This document shows, piece after piece, positions 31,956 through 41,384 of a DNA stretch of 64,000 nucleotides (position 1 is its first letter; every line of letters starts with the position of its first letter). The notes beneath the pieces are model-generated. The model searched no databases and had not been told where the DNA came from. It saw nothing but the letters and a program-made list of their open reading frames with translations. The stretch spans positions 78,320 to 142,319 of the forward strand of contig JASGKB010000022.1 of NCBI GenBank assembly GCA_049840675.1. Reading direction: 5' to 3'. The position numbers and the translations under genes were made by a program. The stretch is from Pirellulales bacterium (GTDB taxonomy: Bacteria > Planctomycetota > Planctomycetia > Pirellulales > PNKZ01).

Positions 31956-33742
31956 ATGAACCGCTTCCGACAGTACCGCAATAAATCGCTGTGTCTCATC
32001 GCATGCCTCAGCGCGCTGACCGGCGTGTCGTTCGGCCAAGATTTCTCGGGCGTGTGCAAATACCCGAACCACCTTCCCGTATCCGCATTTCAGTCTCATC
32101 GGCCCGACGCGGTCATTCGCAGCGGGGAGAGCGAACCAAACGATGAAATTGCGAAGGCGCAAGTCATTGCGTTGGGCTTCGGCGCGAAACAGGATCAAGA
32201 CGTCGATATCAACGGCACGATCAAAGTGCCTCTCGACAACGACTACTACAAGATCGAATTGAAGCAAGGCGATGTTCTGGGCATCTCGTGCCTCAACGCA
32301 GACACTAGCGCCTCGTTCGATCCGCAAATCGAGGTCGTGACCGCCGACAACAAGACGATCATTTCCAATAACAATCATCGCCAAGTCGGAAAGCTCTTTC
32401 CGAGGATTTCGCAACTGCCCGTCGGTGCGCACGAAAGCGACGCCGTCATTGCGATGATTGTTTCGCAAACAGGCTCATATTTCGTCCGCGTCAGAGGCGT
32501 GGACGCTTGTAAGGGGCCGTATTGGTTGCAGCTTCGCCTGCGTCGCCCCGGCCTGCTTTCCGAGCTTGCCGGCAGGAAGCAAGTGATCTTCCTAGATTTC
32601 AACGGCCAAAAAATTACCGGCGGACCTCGAGTTTTCGGCACCGGCGCCTCGATGTCATCAATCTTAGTCCGCTCTCGGCGTTTCTCGGCAAGTGGGGGCT
32701 CAAGCCGGAAGACGAATCCGCCGTGATTGACGCCGTCGTTGAGACCGTTCAGAAGTCATTCGAACGTCTTAAGAAGTCGGGCTTTAATACGCCGAACTCC
32801 GACAAAGGAAGCTTTGGCGTCGAAGTGCGGAACAGCCGCGATCATGCCGATGAATTCGGCACGAACCCCCTTGTATTGCGCGTCGTCATCGGCGGAACGA
32901 TCAAAGAGTTCGGAGTTGAAACGATCGGGCTTTCTCAGTGCATCGATCCCGGTAACTTTTCCAGTGACGATTCGGCGGTGGTTCTTCTGGATCTTCTGAG
33001 CGAGCCTCATCCTTCACCGGATTCCATTCGCAGCTTGCGAGTTGCAGAAGCCGGCGATCAAGGTAGTAAGGCGGTCAAAGTATTTGACGCTGCAAATCGC
33101 GAGACGAAAATCGCCGTTCTCGGGCGGGTTATCGGGCTGATTACGATTCACGAAATCGGGCACTTTCTCGGTTGTTTCCACTGCAACAATTTAAACGACG
33201 TCGGCTGCGTCATGGATGCCGGCGGCGACTTGCCGAATTCCGTCGGCGTGGGCCCGGACGGTGTTCTCGATTTGGCCGAGGATCCCGAGCCGAGTATTTC
33301 GGTAGATAACTATGCTCCCGAATTGTTCCCGAGCACGCTGACGCAATCGGTTGAGGCGATGTTTGTGTACTCGCTCTCCACCGGCACGAGATCGGAGGTC
33401 GAACGAATCGCCGAACTGGAAACTGCGAAGTTGCGCGTTTTGCTGGCTTCCAAACAATTGCAGCCCACGGCATTTGCCGATCCCGCCGGCAGTTGGATTA
33501 ACACGGATTGGAAGTCGCCGGATCAGGAGGCCGGCTTCGACCCCGCAGATTGGAGGTCAGTGCTTACTGGGTTGCCGAAGAATTGGAACGTCAAGCCGAC
33601 GAGCCGATGGGAAGAAATCCTCGAAACTCTCAATGGGCAAAACAAACCCGTAATGCATGCAGAAGCGGACTTGGAGCGCCTTAGGCGTCGATGGGAGGAG
33701 TTGAACGCCAGTCTGATTAAAGAAAAGACGACGATCGAATAA
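31956..33742 (+). CDS. secreted metzincin-type zinc metalloprotease with N-terminal PPC-like domain; frameshifted; lower GC
   Basis: Signal MNRFRQYRNKSLCLIACLSALTGVSFG. PPC-like region: EPNDEIAKAQ...DYYKIELKQGDVL...SYFVRV. The frame of ORF 32522..33742 takes over at ~32640-32652 and contains HEIGHFLGCFH (HExxHxxGxxH). Confidence 0.7.
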
Positions 33743-33771
33743 TCCATCGCCTGTGCCGGGCCGCAAGACTC

Positions 33772-34283
33772 ATGGACAAAGCTTTGCCGTTCGTCATCGT
33801 TCCGTTCTGTTCCGTGTTCATCATTTTCAGCGGTTGGCTGATGACTGTCGCCGCTCGGACGATCGCCGTCGGCGTGCAGACGCGAGATTGGCCGTTTACC
33901 GACGGGCGCGTGCTGACCGTCGAAAACAAAGACACGTCCGATGCGGAGTGCAGCAGCCATGAGGTTCTGGTTCGGTACGCCCGCGGCGTGGCCGGTAGAG
34001 AATACGAAGGGACGACGATTCTCCGACGTACGGCAAATTGAGCTATGAGAAAGTGCATCACGATTTGGCGGCGGTGCTGCAACCGAATCGAGGCGTGTGC
34101 GTTTATTACGATGAGTTCGAGCCGAGCAGAAGCACGCTGACCGTGGGGGGCTACTCGGCCTGGCTCGCCTTGTTCTTCGGCGGTTTCATTTTCTTCGGAA
34201 TGGGAGTCGGATTTCTGCTGAACTTTTGGTTTGCGCCGGCCGGCGGCAACGACTTCGCCGGAGGAATCACGGTTCTGTCCTAG
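33772..34283 (+). CDS. DUF3592-like membrane protein; frameshifted
   Basis: N-terminal TM, then W..T.G.V pattern (RDWPFTDGRVLTVE...EVLVRYARGVAGREYEG). At ~34016-34022 (att-ctc, probably a lost t) the reading moves to ...SPTYGKLSYEKVHHDLAAVLQPNRGVCVYYD.... C-terminal TM helices follow. Confidence 0.55.
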
Positions 34284-34409
34284 ATCCCGCGCGACAGCTT
34301 CTTGCGCCACCATTGAGCGCGAGTGTTGTGCGACGAGTCTCGATCGCGACGAAGCCCGCAGTCATCTGACCGACCGACACCACGACGATCCGACATCGGC
34401 AAGCTCTCC

Positions 34410-34793
34410 ATGGATGAACCTCAGTTCAAAATAGACGTCGATTCGCCTCCCAAGATTGTCGTTGATCCCACTCCCCGTGCGCCGGCCGAGAATTGGTCGT
34501 ACGGCATCTGGGTCGGCGTTGCGAGCATCGCGATCGCCGGGTTTGTGGGATATCAAAACATGGAAGAAGGTCGCGAACGGGCGGAGCAACAGCGCCGGCA
34601 AAATTTGCAGAACGATCCCGTCGTGCGCGAACTGCTCGATCCGACGTCCACGGCAGGCAAGAGTCCGGCCGGCGAGGCCTTGCGAAGCTTGCTCCGGCCC
34701 GCTGGCGCCGAAGCACCCGCATCGTCGAACCAGACGAAGCCGCGGCCCGGCTCGTTGGGCGAACTTCTCGAACGCGACGGCTCGGGCTCCTGA
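34410..34793 (+). CDS. hypothetical single-pass membrane protein
   Basis: ATG 34410: MDEPQFKIDVDSPP...WSYGIWVGVASIAIAGFVGY (TM), then a charged, disordered tail. Confidence 0.4.
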   Translation: MDEPQFKIDVDSPPKIVVDPTPRAPAENWSYGIWVGVASIAIAGFVGYQNMEEGRERAEQQRRQNLQNDPVVRELLDPTSTAGKSPAGEALRSLLRPAGAEAPASSNQTKPRPGSLGELLERDGSGS

Positions 34794-34935
34794 GCGTTGC
34801 GCGTCCCCGGCGGTGATTTAGCTCGCAGTCGCCCGCGCCGGCGGAAAATGCCGCGAAATTGAGGCGTTTCTGCGCGGTTCGCTCTGGTACCATACGGCCA
34901 CGGACGGTGTCGGGGTTCTTTGGAAGGAGCGCGTG

Positions 34936-36857
34936 ATGCGGCGGGCGACGATCTTTTTTTGCGCGGTGATTTCGGCGGTTGTCGCCGGTTTTGAAGGTTC
35001 GGCCGCGCTGCGCAGCGGCCCTTTTGGCAGGCTCTGCCCGATGAAACCTTGGCCGTCGTGCGGTTGCCGGCGCTCAAGGAATTTTACGAAGCGCTGCGAA
35101 CGCGGACCAAGCTCGGCGTCGTGGCGTTCGAGCCGCGGCGCATCGAAGCGCTCAAGGAAATGCTCGTCGCCGACGCCAAGGACGACCTCGAAGCGATCGG
35201 CGCGGAGTTCAAAAAGCTCGGCCTCGAAGTCGACGACCTGTTGCCGCTGGCCGCCGGCGAAGTCGGGCTCGGCGTCTGGTTTCAGCCGCGCGACGACGGG
35301 CGGGCCACGCTGACTATCGCCGCTTGGAGCATGTGCGGCGAAGCCTCGGCCGAGAAACTTTTGGCCGCTCTGGAAAAAGGTTTCGAAGATCGTCTCAAGG
35401 GTGACCATCCGGCTCGGCGCGACGACGTCGAACTCGCCGGCGTCAACGTGAGGCATTTCATGTTGCCCAACTTTGTCGAAGCTCGCAGCGAAGCGAAGTT
35501 CGGGCTCGGCGTGAAGAACGGCGTTCCCAACGGCAACTTCCAAATCGCGCCGCGCGAGGGAGACGAGAAGAAGCAACAGACCCTGAACGGCTACAGCCAT
35601 CTGCTCGTGTGCCGCAGCGGCGATGCGCTCTTGGCCTTGGCCATTTCGCCGGAAGTCGCCGAGGGGGAGATGCCGGAAGCCGCGGCCGTCGAAGAGGCGC
35701 TGCAACGCGGGCGCGAAGCAGCGCGCGGTGCGCTTGTGCGTTTGTTGGAAGCTCGTGCAGGCGGCGGCGAAGGGCCGGTCGAGCGCTGGCTGCAAACGCC
35801 CGGCCTCGCGGCGGCGCTGCCCGAAGGGGTGCCGCTGGTCGAAGCCGAGATCCATCCGCGCGGCTTGGCGACGCTCTTAACGCGGCCCGAAGCCGCTGAA
35901 ACCCGCAAAATGCTCGACGCGCTAGGGCTCTCGGAAGTCGGGCCGTTCGCGTATCGCATGACGTTGGAAGGGACGACGCTGCGCAGCGGCTTCTTCATCG
36001 CGGCCCCGCAACCTCGCCAAGGTGTGCTCGCGCTCTTGGATCAACCGGCGCTGCCGCCGCAGGCCGCCGATTGGGTCGCCGGCGACGTCGTCGGCTATCA
36101 ACACTTGAGCATGGATCTGGGGAAGGCTTACACGCACGTCGGGGCGATCGTCGCCGGGCAATCGCAGAAGGCCAAGGAATCGCTCGCACAGATCGAAGCC
36201 CAATCGGAGCAGTTTTTGCAAATCTCGCCGGCCGCGCTGCTCAGTTCGCTCGGCACGAAGCACGTGGTGTTGAGCTTCCTTCCGGAAGCGGCGAAGAAGC
36301 CGGCCGACGGCGAAGATGCGACGCCGCCGCAAAACGCCATGGCGTTCGTCTGGCGCGTGAGCGACGAAGCTCTCTGGCGTCGGCTCATGGGCACCGCGGC
36401 GCTCGTCACGGGCCAGCCCGCGAAGGAAGAGCAGGGCTTCAGCGGCCTGCGTCACGAAACGCCCGAGTTCAGCGGCGGCTGGTTCCTGGGCGACGGCAAC
36501 ATGGTCTTGGCCTTCGGCAAAGGCGTGACCGAGCGCACGCTGGCGATGCTTCGCAATCCGCCGCGCGGGCCTGAGTCGCTGGCCGGCGGACCGCTCGCGC
36601 ACTGCGCCGCCGAGCTCGTCGCACCGCAGCCGGGCATCACGTACGAAATCACGAACGGCCCCTCGACGTTGCGATTTATCAACGACGCGATTCTCGAATC
36701 GCTCTCGAATCCCGACGACGAGAGCATGAAGAAGCTCAAAGAGGTCTGGCCGACGGCCGACGAACTCGAAGGGCTCATCGGCGTGAGCGCGGGCGTCACG
36801 CTCGTCGACGGCAACGGCCTGACGCACACCAGCGTCTCCGATCTGCCCGCTCCGTAG
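34936..36857 (+). CDS. hypothetical secreted protein (~640 aa); frameshifted just after signal peptide
   Basis: RBS ggaaggag, then ATG 34936 giving MRRATIFFCAVISAVVAGFEGSAA. At ~35000-35010 the reading moves to the frame of ORF 35049..36857 (AAQRPFWQALPDETLAVVRLPALKEFYEAL...). Confidence 0.55.
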
Positions 36858-37203
36858 TCGGCCCGGAAGGGCTTGGCCGGTCGTTTGCGGGCTCCGTGAA
36901 CGGCTGCGGGAGCCGGATCGGCGTCGAAAGGCGGTCCGGATCCTGGGGTACCGCTGCGCTTGGCCCCAGCCGTCCGGCTCTGCGCCCGCCGTCCGCCGCT
37001 CGATTTCGATCGATCGCCCCGCATCAGCGGCCTCGAAACGCGCTCCGCGCGGAAATTTTTTCCGCCGCCCCAAGCGCTCCCTCCTCAGGGTCCGAACGCC
37101 CAACCCCATCACTTAGTACTGTGCTAAAACGGGCGGTTTTTGCCGCAAAATCCGCACAGTTGGGCGTTTCTGCGGCGTCACGCGCCGAGCATCTACTTCA
37201 CAC

Positions 37204-37253
37204 GGAAATTCCCGTATCCGTTGTGGAATTCCGACAATTTCCCAAATTCCCCC
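37204..37253. promoter_or_regulatory. cluster of GGAA(A)TTCC-type palindromic/half sites
   Basis: ggaaattccc (37204-37213) and ggaattcc (37225-37232) have centres ~20 bp apart. Half-sites follow: aatttccc (37236-37243) and aaattccccc (37244-37253). The cluster lies immediately upstream of a TTGACA box. Confidence 0.4.
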
Positions 37254-37264
37254 AATTATCAAAG

Positions 37265-37293
37265 TTGACATAACCGGCACCGTGGAATATTTG
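37265..37293 (+). promoter_or_regulatory. candidate sigma70-type promoter
   Basis: Perfect TTGACA (37265-37270). Either tgg-AATATT (37286-37291, 15-nt spacer, extended -10-like) or TATTTG (37288-37293, 17-nt spacer). Confidence 0.35.
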
Positions 37294-37555
37294 TGGTTCT
37301 GTCAGAGGTTTGCGGGTTGTGCGGGTTCTGGCGAATCTGCGTAATTTCGGCCTCTGGTCGCTGCGGGGTTCGGCACAAACACCGCGACGACGTCAGGACA
37401 CGCGAGCAGGATTCGGGTCGGGGTGAGAGCCGACCGGACATCCGCGGAGAGAAGATCGGGAAGGCACGCCCGGTCGTCAAGCTCCGCCAGACCCGCGTCA
37501 AACCCTGCCGTCGCTCACGCGACACGGAGAGGGACGCTTCGTCGGAGAGAGAGCT

Positions 37556-37756
37556 GATGAAGACGGCCGGATTCGTGACGAGGACTTCTTCCTCAAGTGC
37601 CGTCGTTGGCGTCGAGCATCTCGGCGCCGTCACCCTGCAGCTTCAAGCGGCCGCGTGCGGCTTGACGGTTGGTGACAACGAGTCGTCGGCATTCGACCCG
37701 GGCACGGTCGGCTGCGAGAAGACTCACGTTCGATACACGCTCGGCCTGCGTTAGGC
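37556..37756 (+). CDS. candidate small ORF (66 aa), unknown function
   Basis: ggagagagagctgATGAAG mirrors the RBS/start of the next gene (ggagagagaaaATGAAG). Third-codon positions are mostly G/C (my count ~3/4). No family recognised. Confidence 0.3.
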
Positions 37757-37832
37757 CGGGTAGTCCGCATACCTCGACCCGTGTGTTACGGGCGGGGAGT
37801 TTTCGAGGTTCTTCATTTACTGGAGAGAGAAA

Positions 37833-38177
37833 ATGAAGGTTCTGAATCGTTTGTGGTCGGAAGAAGCCGGTGCGATCGTCTCGGCTGAAGTCATGTTGGT
37901 GATGTCGATCCTCGTGATCGGCGTGATCGTGGGCCTCGCCGCCGTTCGTGATTCGGTCATCACCGAACTCGCCGACGTCGCTCAAGCTCTGGCGAACATC
38001 AACCAATCGTACTCGTTCGGCACGGCCAGCGGTCACCACTCGCTGTCGGGCGGCGGCGCGTTCATCGACCTCGTCGATTTCTGCGACACGCTCACCGCGA
38101 CGACCGACGCCGGCAACTCGAAGTGCGTTTCGATTTGCACCGTCGCCGGCCCGGTCGCCGAAGTTCCGGCTCCGTAG
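37833..38177 (+). CDS. Flp-pilin-like N-terminus fused to a conserved unknown module (114 aa)
   Basis: MKVLNRLWSEEAG|AIVSAEVMLVMSILVIGVIVGLAAV resembles a Flp class-III signal/helix, but with E at +6. The downstream QSYSFGTASGHHSLSGGGAFIDL module is shared with 43642..44779. Confidence 0.6.
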   Translation: MKVLNRLWSEEAGAIVSAEVMLVMSILVIGVIVGLAAVRDSVITELADVAQALANINQSYSFGTASGHHSLSGGGAFIDLVDFCDTLTATTDAGNSKCVSICTVAGPVAEVPAP

Positions 38178-38223
38178 TCTGGTCTCACGCGGCGAGCTTA
38201 GCGTAGCCGTGTGAGAAAAATTT

Positions 38224-38270
38224 CGCAGGGGTCGAGAGAGCGAGTACGTTTTCTCGACCCCTCGCGTTTT
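38224..38270 (+). terminator. rho-independent terminator
   Basis: cgcaggggtcgagag (38224-38238) pairs with ttctcgacccctcgcg (38251-38266) with one bulge, followed by tttt. Confidence 0.7.
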
Positions 38271-38457
38271 GATCGGCTCGGCCGGTCGCCGGCCGAACGC
38301 TTCAAACCTACGAAGCGATCGGCGGTCCGTAACGCCGTCGATCGATTTCGTTCCGCAGGCCCTTTGGAGGCGTAAGCTTCCAAGGGGTCTTTGCATTGGC
38401 AGACGTTCGCACGTTCGCCGGCGCGAATACGCGAGCAACTCGGGCGATCCGCTTCCT

Positions 38458-38695
38458 CAGACACGCCCCTCAAATCTCAGACCCGTTTGGTCCCCTCGCC
38501 CCCGGCGCGACGGCGAGCGTTCGTCGACATGAATCGGGGGAGAGGGATAGGGTGAGGGGCCGGCCATTCTGATCGCGGAACGATGAACGACGACGTCAGG
38601 CCATTCCGTCGTTCCGCGTGCCGACTTCCGTGTCTCGCGCAGACCCCTCACCCCCGCCCTCTCCCCGCACGCGGGGCGAGGGAGCCAAACCGGTC
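38458..38695. repeat. repeat-rich structured intergenic region
   Basis: ggggagagggatagggtgagggg (38537-38559) is the near reverse complement of cccctcacccccgccctctcccc (38644-38666). Between them ggccattc occurs twice, and gcggaacga/tcgttccgc form an inner stem. Confidence 0.6.
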
Positions 38696-38826
38696 TTGCT
38701 GAAGTTCGACTTGATTAGCGGGCTTTCGACCGCCGGCCTGTCGGGCAATTCTGCTTGCTCCGCAGTTTACGAGAGGCATGGCCGCCGCGCCGTGCAAAGC
38801 GAGAGCGATCCGCCTGGACGACTCGT

Positions 38827-39306
38827 TCACTCCAGCACGAGAAACGCTTCGTCGCAGGCGAGATTGCGTTCGTCTGCGGGGGACGCTTGAATGCTGCGGA
38901 TCACGAATCCGCATTTTTGCAGAACCCGCAGCGACGCCCGATTGTCGCTCGCAACCTGGGCGTAAAGCGGACGAACCGGCACTTCGGCCAGCAGCAACTC
39001 CAGCGCTCGCGACGCGATCCCGCGCCCCCAGAATTCTCGCCCCACCCAGTACCCGACGAGGTGGAGCCCGTCACGTTGGAACACCGAAATGGAACCGGCC
39101 AACTGGTCTCCGACGTAAATCGCGCGGGCCGTGATGCCCGCGTCGGCCAGCACGTTGTTCCAGTGGATCGCGAACGCGTCGGCCCCGCGAGGGTTGGTCG
39201 CCGCGAGACGATTCGACTCCGGGTCGAGATTGAATTCGTACAACCTCGGCAAGTCGTCCGACGAGACTTCGCGAAGACAAACCTGATTCACGGCGAGCGG
39301 ATCCAT
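38827..39306 (-). CDS. GNAT-family N-acetyltransferase (RimJ/RimL-like)
   Basis: From ATG 39306: ...LREVSSDDLPRLYEF..., VGYWVGREFWGRGIASRALELLL, ASDNRASLRVLQKCGF. Confidence 0.8.
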   Translation of the reverse strand: MDPLAVNQVCLREVSSDDLPRLYEFNLDPESNRLAATNPRGADAFAIHWNNVLADAGITARAIYVGDQLAGSISVFQRDGLHLVGYWVGREFWGRGIASRALELLLAEVPVRPLYAQVASDNRASLRVLQKCGFVIRSIQASPADERNLACDEAFLVLE

Positions 39307-39332
39307 ATCAATACCTCGGCAACGCTGCACCG

Positions 39333-39695
39333 TTAGGAACCCGACTCAGGCAGCGATGCTTCGGAGAGGAAGGATGCTATCCGGCGGACGAGCGGTTCCG
39401 CATCGGGCGCTTTGGCCGTAACGGTGAAGCAAAGCCAATTGTCCCACGCGAGCTCCACGGTCGAACCGCCGATCGTAAAATCCCAATACATTTGGTCAAG
39501 CCCGACGACTAGCTCGGATACCGGCCTGAGGTCGAAGCGCTCGGCGATCAGCTTGCAAACTTGAGGAAACGCGGAAGAGCCGATATCAGCTCTGTCATGC
39601 ATCAGCCGGTCACTCGCATCTCGTGAATAACGTGGTTCCATTTCTGACGTCACGGCCGACGAAGAGTGAATCGGAACGGGTTGGCGGGAGTTCAT
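39333..39695 (-). CDS. hypothetical cytoplasmic protein (120 aa)
   Basis: ATG 39695 overlaps the stop of the upstream membrane gene (ATGA). ...VGLDQMYWDFTIGGSTVELAWDNWLCFTVTAK... No family recognised. The ORF-track start at 39878 is an Arg-rich over-extension. Confidence 0.5.
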   Translation of the reverse strand: MNSRQPVPIHSSSAVTSEMEPRYSRDASDRLMHDRADIGSSAFPQVCKLIAERFDLRPVSELVVGLDQMYWDFTIGGSTVELAWDNWLCFTVTAKAPDAEPLVRRIASFLSEASLPESGS

Positions 39696-40135
39696 GGACG
39701 TGAGTCGCAGTCGCTGGGAAGAACCGCAGGTTTGGAGAATCGCCACGCGAGTGCTGCTGCGGCGATGATTGCGCCGGCCTCGGATGCGAACGGGAATATC
39801 TCTCGTCGAGCGAACTTCAGCTCGACGACGACCAAGGCGATCAACGCCGCCGCCACCGGCGCCCAGGTGACGACCCAAGCGACTTGAATTCTGCGGCCGG
39901 CCGCTTGCTCACAGCTTATGAGTATCAGGCCGAAAGGGATTCCGACGAGAAAACCCCCGAGGCTAAACATCAGGTACCCGAGTTCAATGTCTTTGAAGCC
40001 GTGAAAATAGAAATCCGGCGTCTCGTGGTGAAACCAAACGTGAATTGCGACGGATTCCCGGACGATGCCGATGATCGCCCCTAGAAACGGGCCGAGAAAG
40101 AAGAAGCGAATCGCTTGCCGAACGTAGTCGCTCAT
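39692..40135 (-). CDS. hypothetical membrane protein (147 aa, ~4 TM)
   Basis: Hydrophobic segments FFFLGPFLGAIIGIV, LMFSLGGFLVGIPFGLILI, VVTWAPVAAALIALVVV and GAIIAAAALAW. Confidence 0.55.
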   Translation of the reverse strand: MSDYVRQAIRFFFLGPFLGAIIGIVRESVAIHVWFHHETPDFYFHGFKDIELGYLMFSLGGFLVGIPFGLILISCEQAAGRRIQVAWVVTWAPVAAALIALVVVELKFARREIFPFASEAGAIIAAAALAWRFSKPAVLPSDCDSRP

Positions 40136-40168
40136 AGGAACGGCCGTTGCGGCCGGCTTGCCCGCGGG

Positions 40169-40399
40169 TTACTTCTCTGCGGCGTTTCTCGGTCGGGCGA
40201 GGAGCAGCCAAGCGCCCAACACCATGGCCGCCGCTTCGACGAACGGCGCTGCGATGATGGCGACCCGCTCGTCGGGGCTGTAGTGCTGCAGGTCGGCAAG
40301 ATCTAAGTCGCCGGTCCAAAGCCAAATGTCAAACTCAAGCATCGCCCCGAATGACACGAGGAGTCCGGCGCCGATGCACCGCCGAAGCAAGGTCAGCAT
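40169..40399 (-). CDS. hypothetical small membrane protein (76 aa, 2 TM)
   Basis: IGAGLLVSFGAML and AAAMVLGAWLLLA. Starts 16 nt after the stop of the upstream gene. Confidence 0.45.
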   Translation of the reverse strand: MLTLLRRCIGAGLLVSFGAMLEFDIWLWTGDLDLADLQHYSPDERVAIIAAPFVEAAAMVLGAWLLLARPRNAAEK

Positions 40400-40415
40400 G
40401 GGCTACCAACTGAGA

Positions 40416-41265
40416 TTACGGCAACTTACCAAGTGCCAGTTTTGTCAGTTCGACGACCGGCGCTTTCAGTAGTTTGAACAAATCATGGACGTTTTCAACG
40501 GTGATATTTATGCGGTCTCCTAGAACTTCAAATGGAAATCCTTTTTTGCTCTTGGTCATTTGCTTTGCTGTCTCGGTCAGGTCTGTCGTCATCCTGCCAC
40601 CGTTATGCGCCAACGAATGCCGCACAGTCCTAGCCAGTCGCAATGTCACCGTACAAAAGTCGTTGTGTCGTACGGTGGTCGAACAGCGTCGTCAAATCCT
40701 TTGCAAGCTGCGGGGTATTAGCTTTGTACTCCGGTTCCCCTTTGACGATCTGTACGACATGCCTGATGTAGTTCTCATAGGAGAAGTACAATGCACTGTA
40801 AGACATCCTTTGAGAACCAATGATGCTACCGATGAAGTCATGGTTTTCGACAAGAAACATCCACTGCTCTTCAGCATTGAACGGCGTCTCTTTTGGTTCT
40901 AGTTTCGTTAGCTCTGCGGAATATCCTTCGATGTGCTTCCGCAGTTCAATCTCATTTACTTTAAGGCTCGGTATTTTTCTGAACAGATAGTTCAGAATGC
41001 TTCCCGCAATTTGTCCTGCCATCTCATACGGATTTGCTTTTTCGTAGACCGCCTTCCACATCTGATCAAGCGACCGGATGTAGACGTTTGGCATTGATGA
41101 AACCAATAATGTGCTGCGCCAATCTAGGTGCAGGTCAAAGGCGGCGTCGTGCAGCGCCGTTCTCTCTGCCAAGTCCGCAACTTGTTTTGCCCATTCGTTG
41201 TCCCAACAAAGCGCGTAGGCGTTGGGATTCAGATTGAAGAACACGTCCCGTGTGTCGCTGCTCAT
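40416..41265 (-). CDS. HEPN-like (Rx4H) protein, Abi/RiboL-PSP-HEPN-like; markedly low GC; frameshifted
   Basis: ORF 40630..41265 (MSSDTRDVFFNLNP...RMSYSALYFSYENYIRHVV...RLLYGDI) continues at ~40640-40655 in the frame of ORF 40416..40649 (...LRLARTVRHSLAHNGGRMT...). RHSLAH is an Rx4H motif near the C-terminus. Confidence 0.45.
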
Positions 41266-41384
41266 TGTCTATTCCTTCGGCTGACTGATTAGACCAAAGA
41301 CAATCGCAGTTCAGAAATGGTTCGATGACCGACGTGTAGTGCTTTTTGCCGGTATTTACTGCCCCATCCGCTTTCAATGAAGAA

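Noticed and set aside
34818-37112. Minus-strand ORFs 34818..35855 and 35922..37112
   Set aside because: They are antisense to the 640-aa secreted-protein gene. The plus-strand frame has a signal peptide, an RBS and protein-like composition.
39306-39695. GNAT plus upstream small protein as a GNAT-toxin/antitoxin (TacT/AtaT-like) pair
   Set aside because: The GNAT shows RimJ/RimL-type motifs rather than the TacT/AtaT type. The upstream 120-aa protein has no RHH/DUF1778-like N-terminus.
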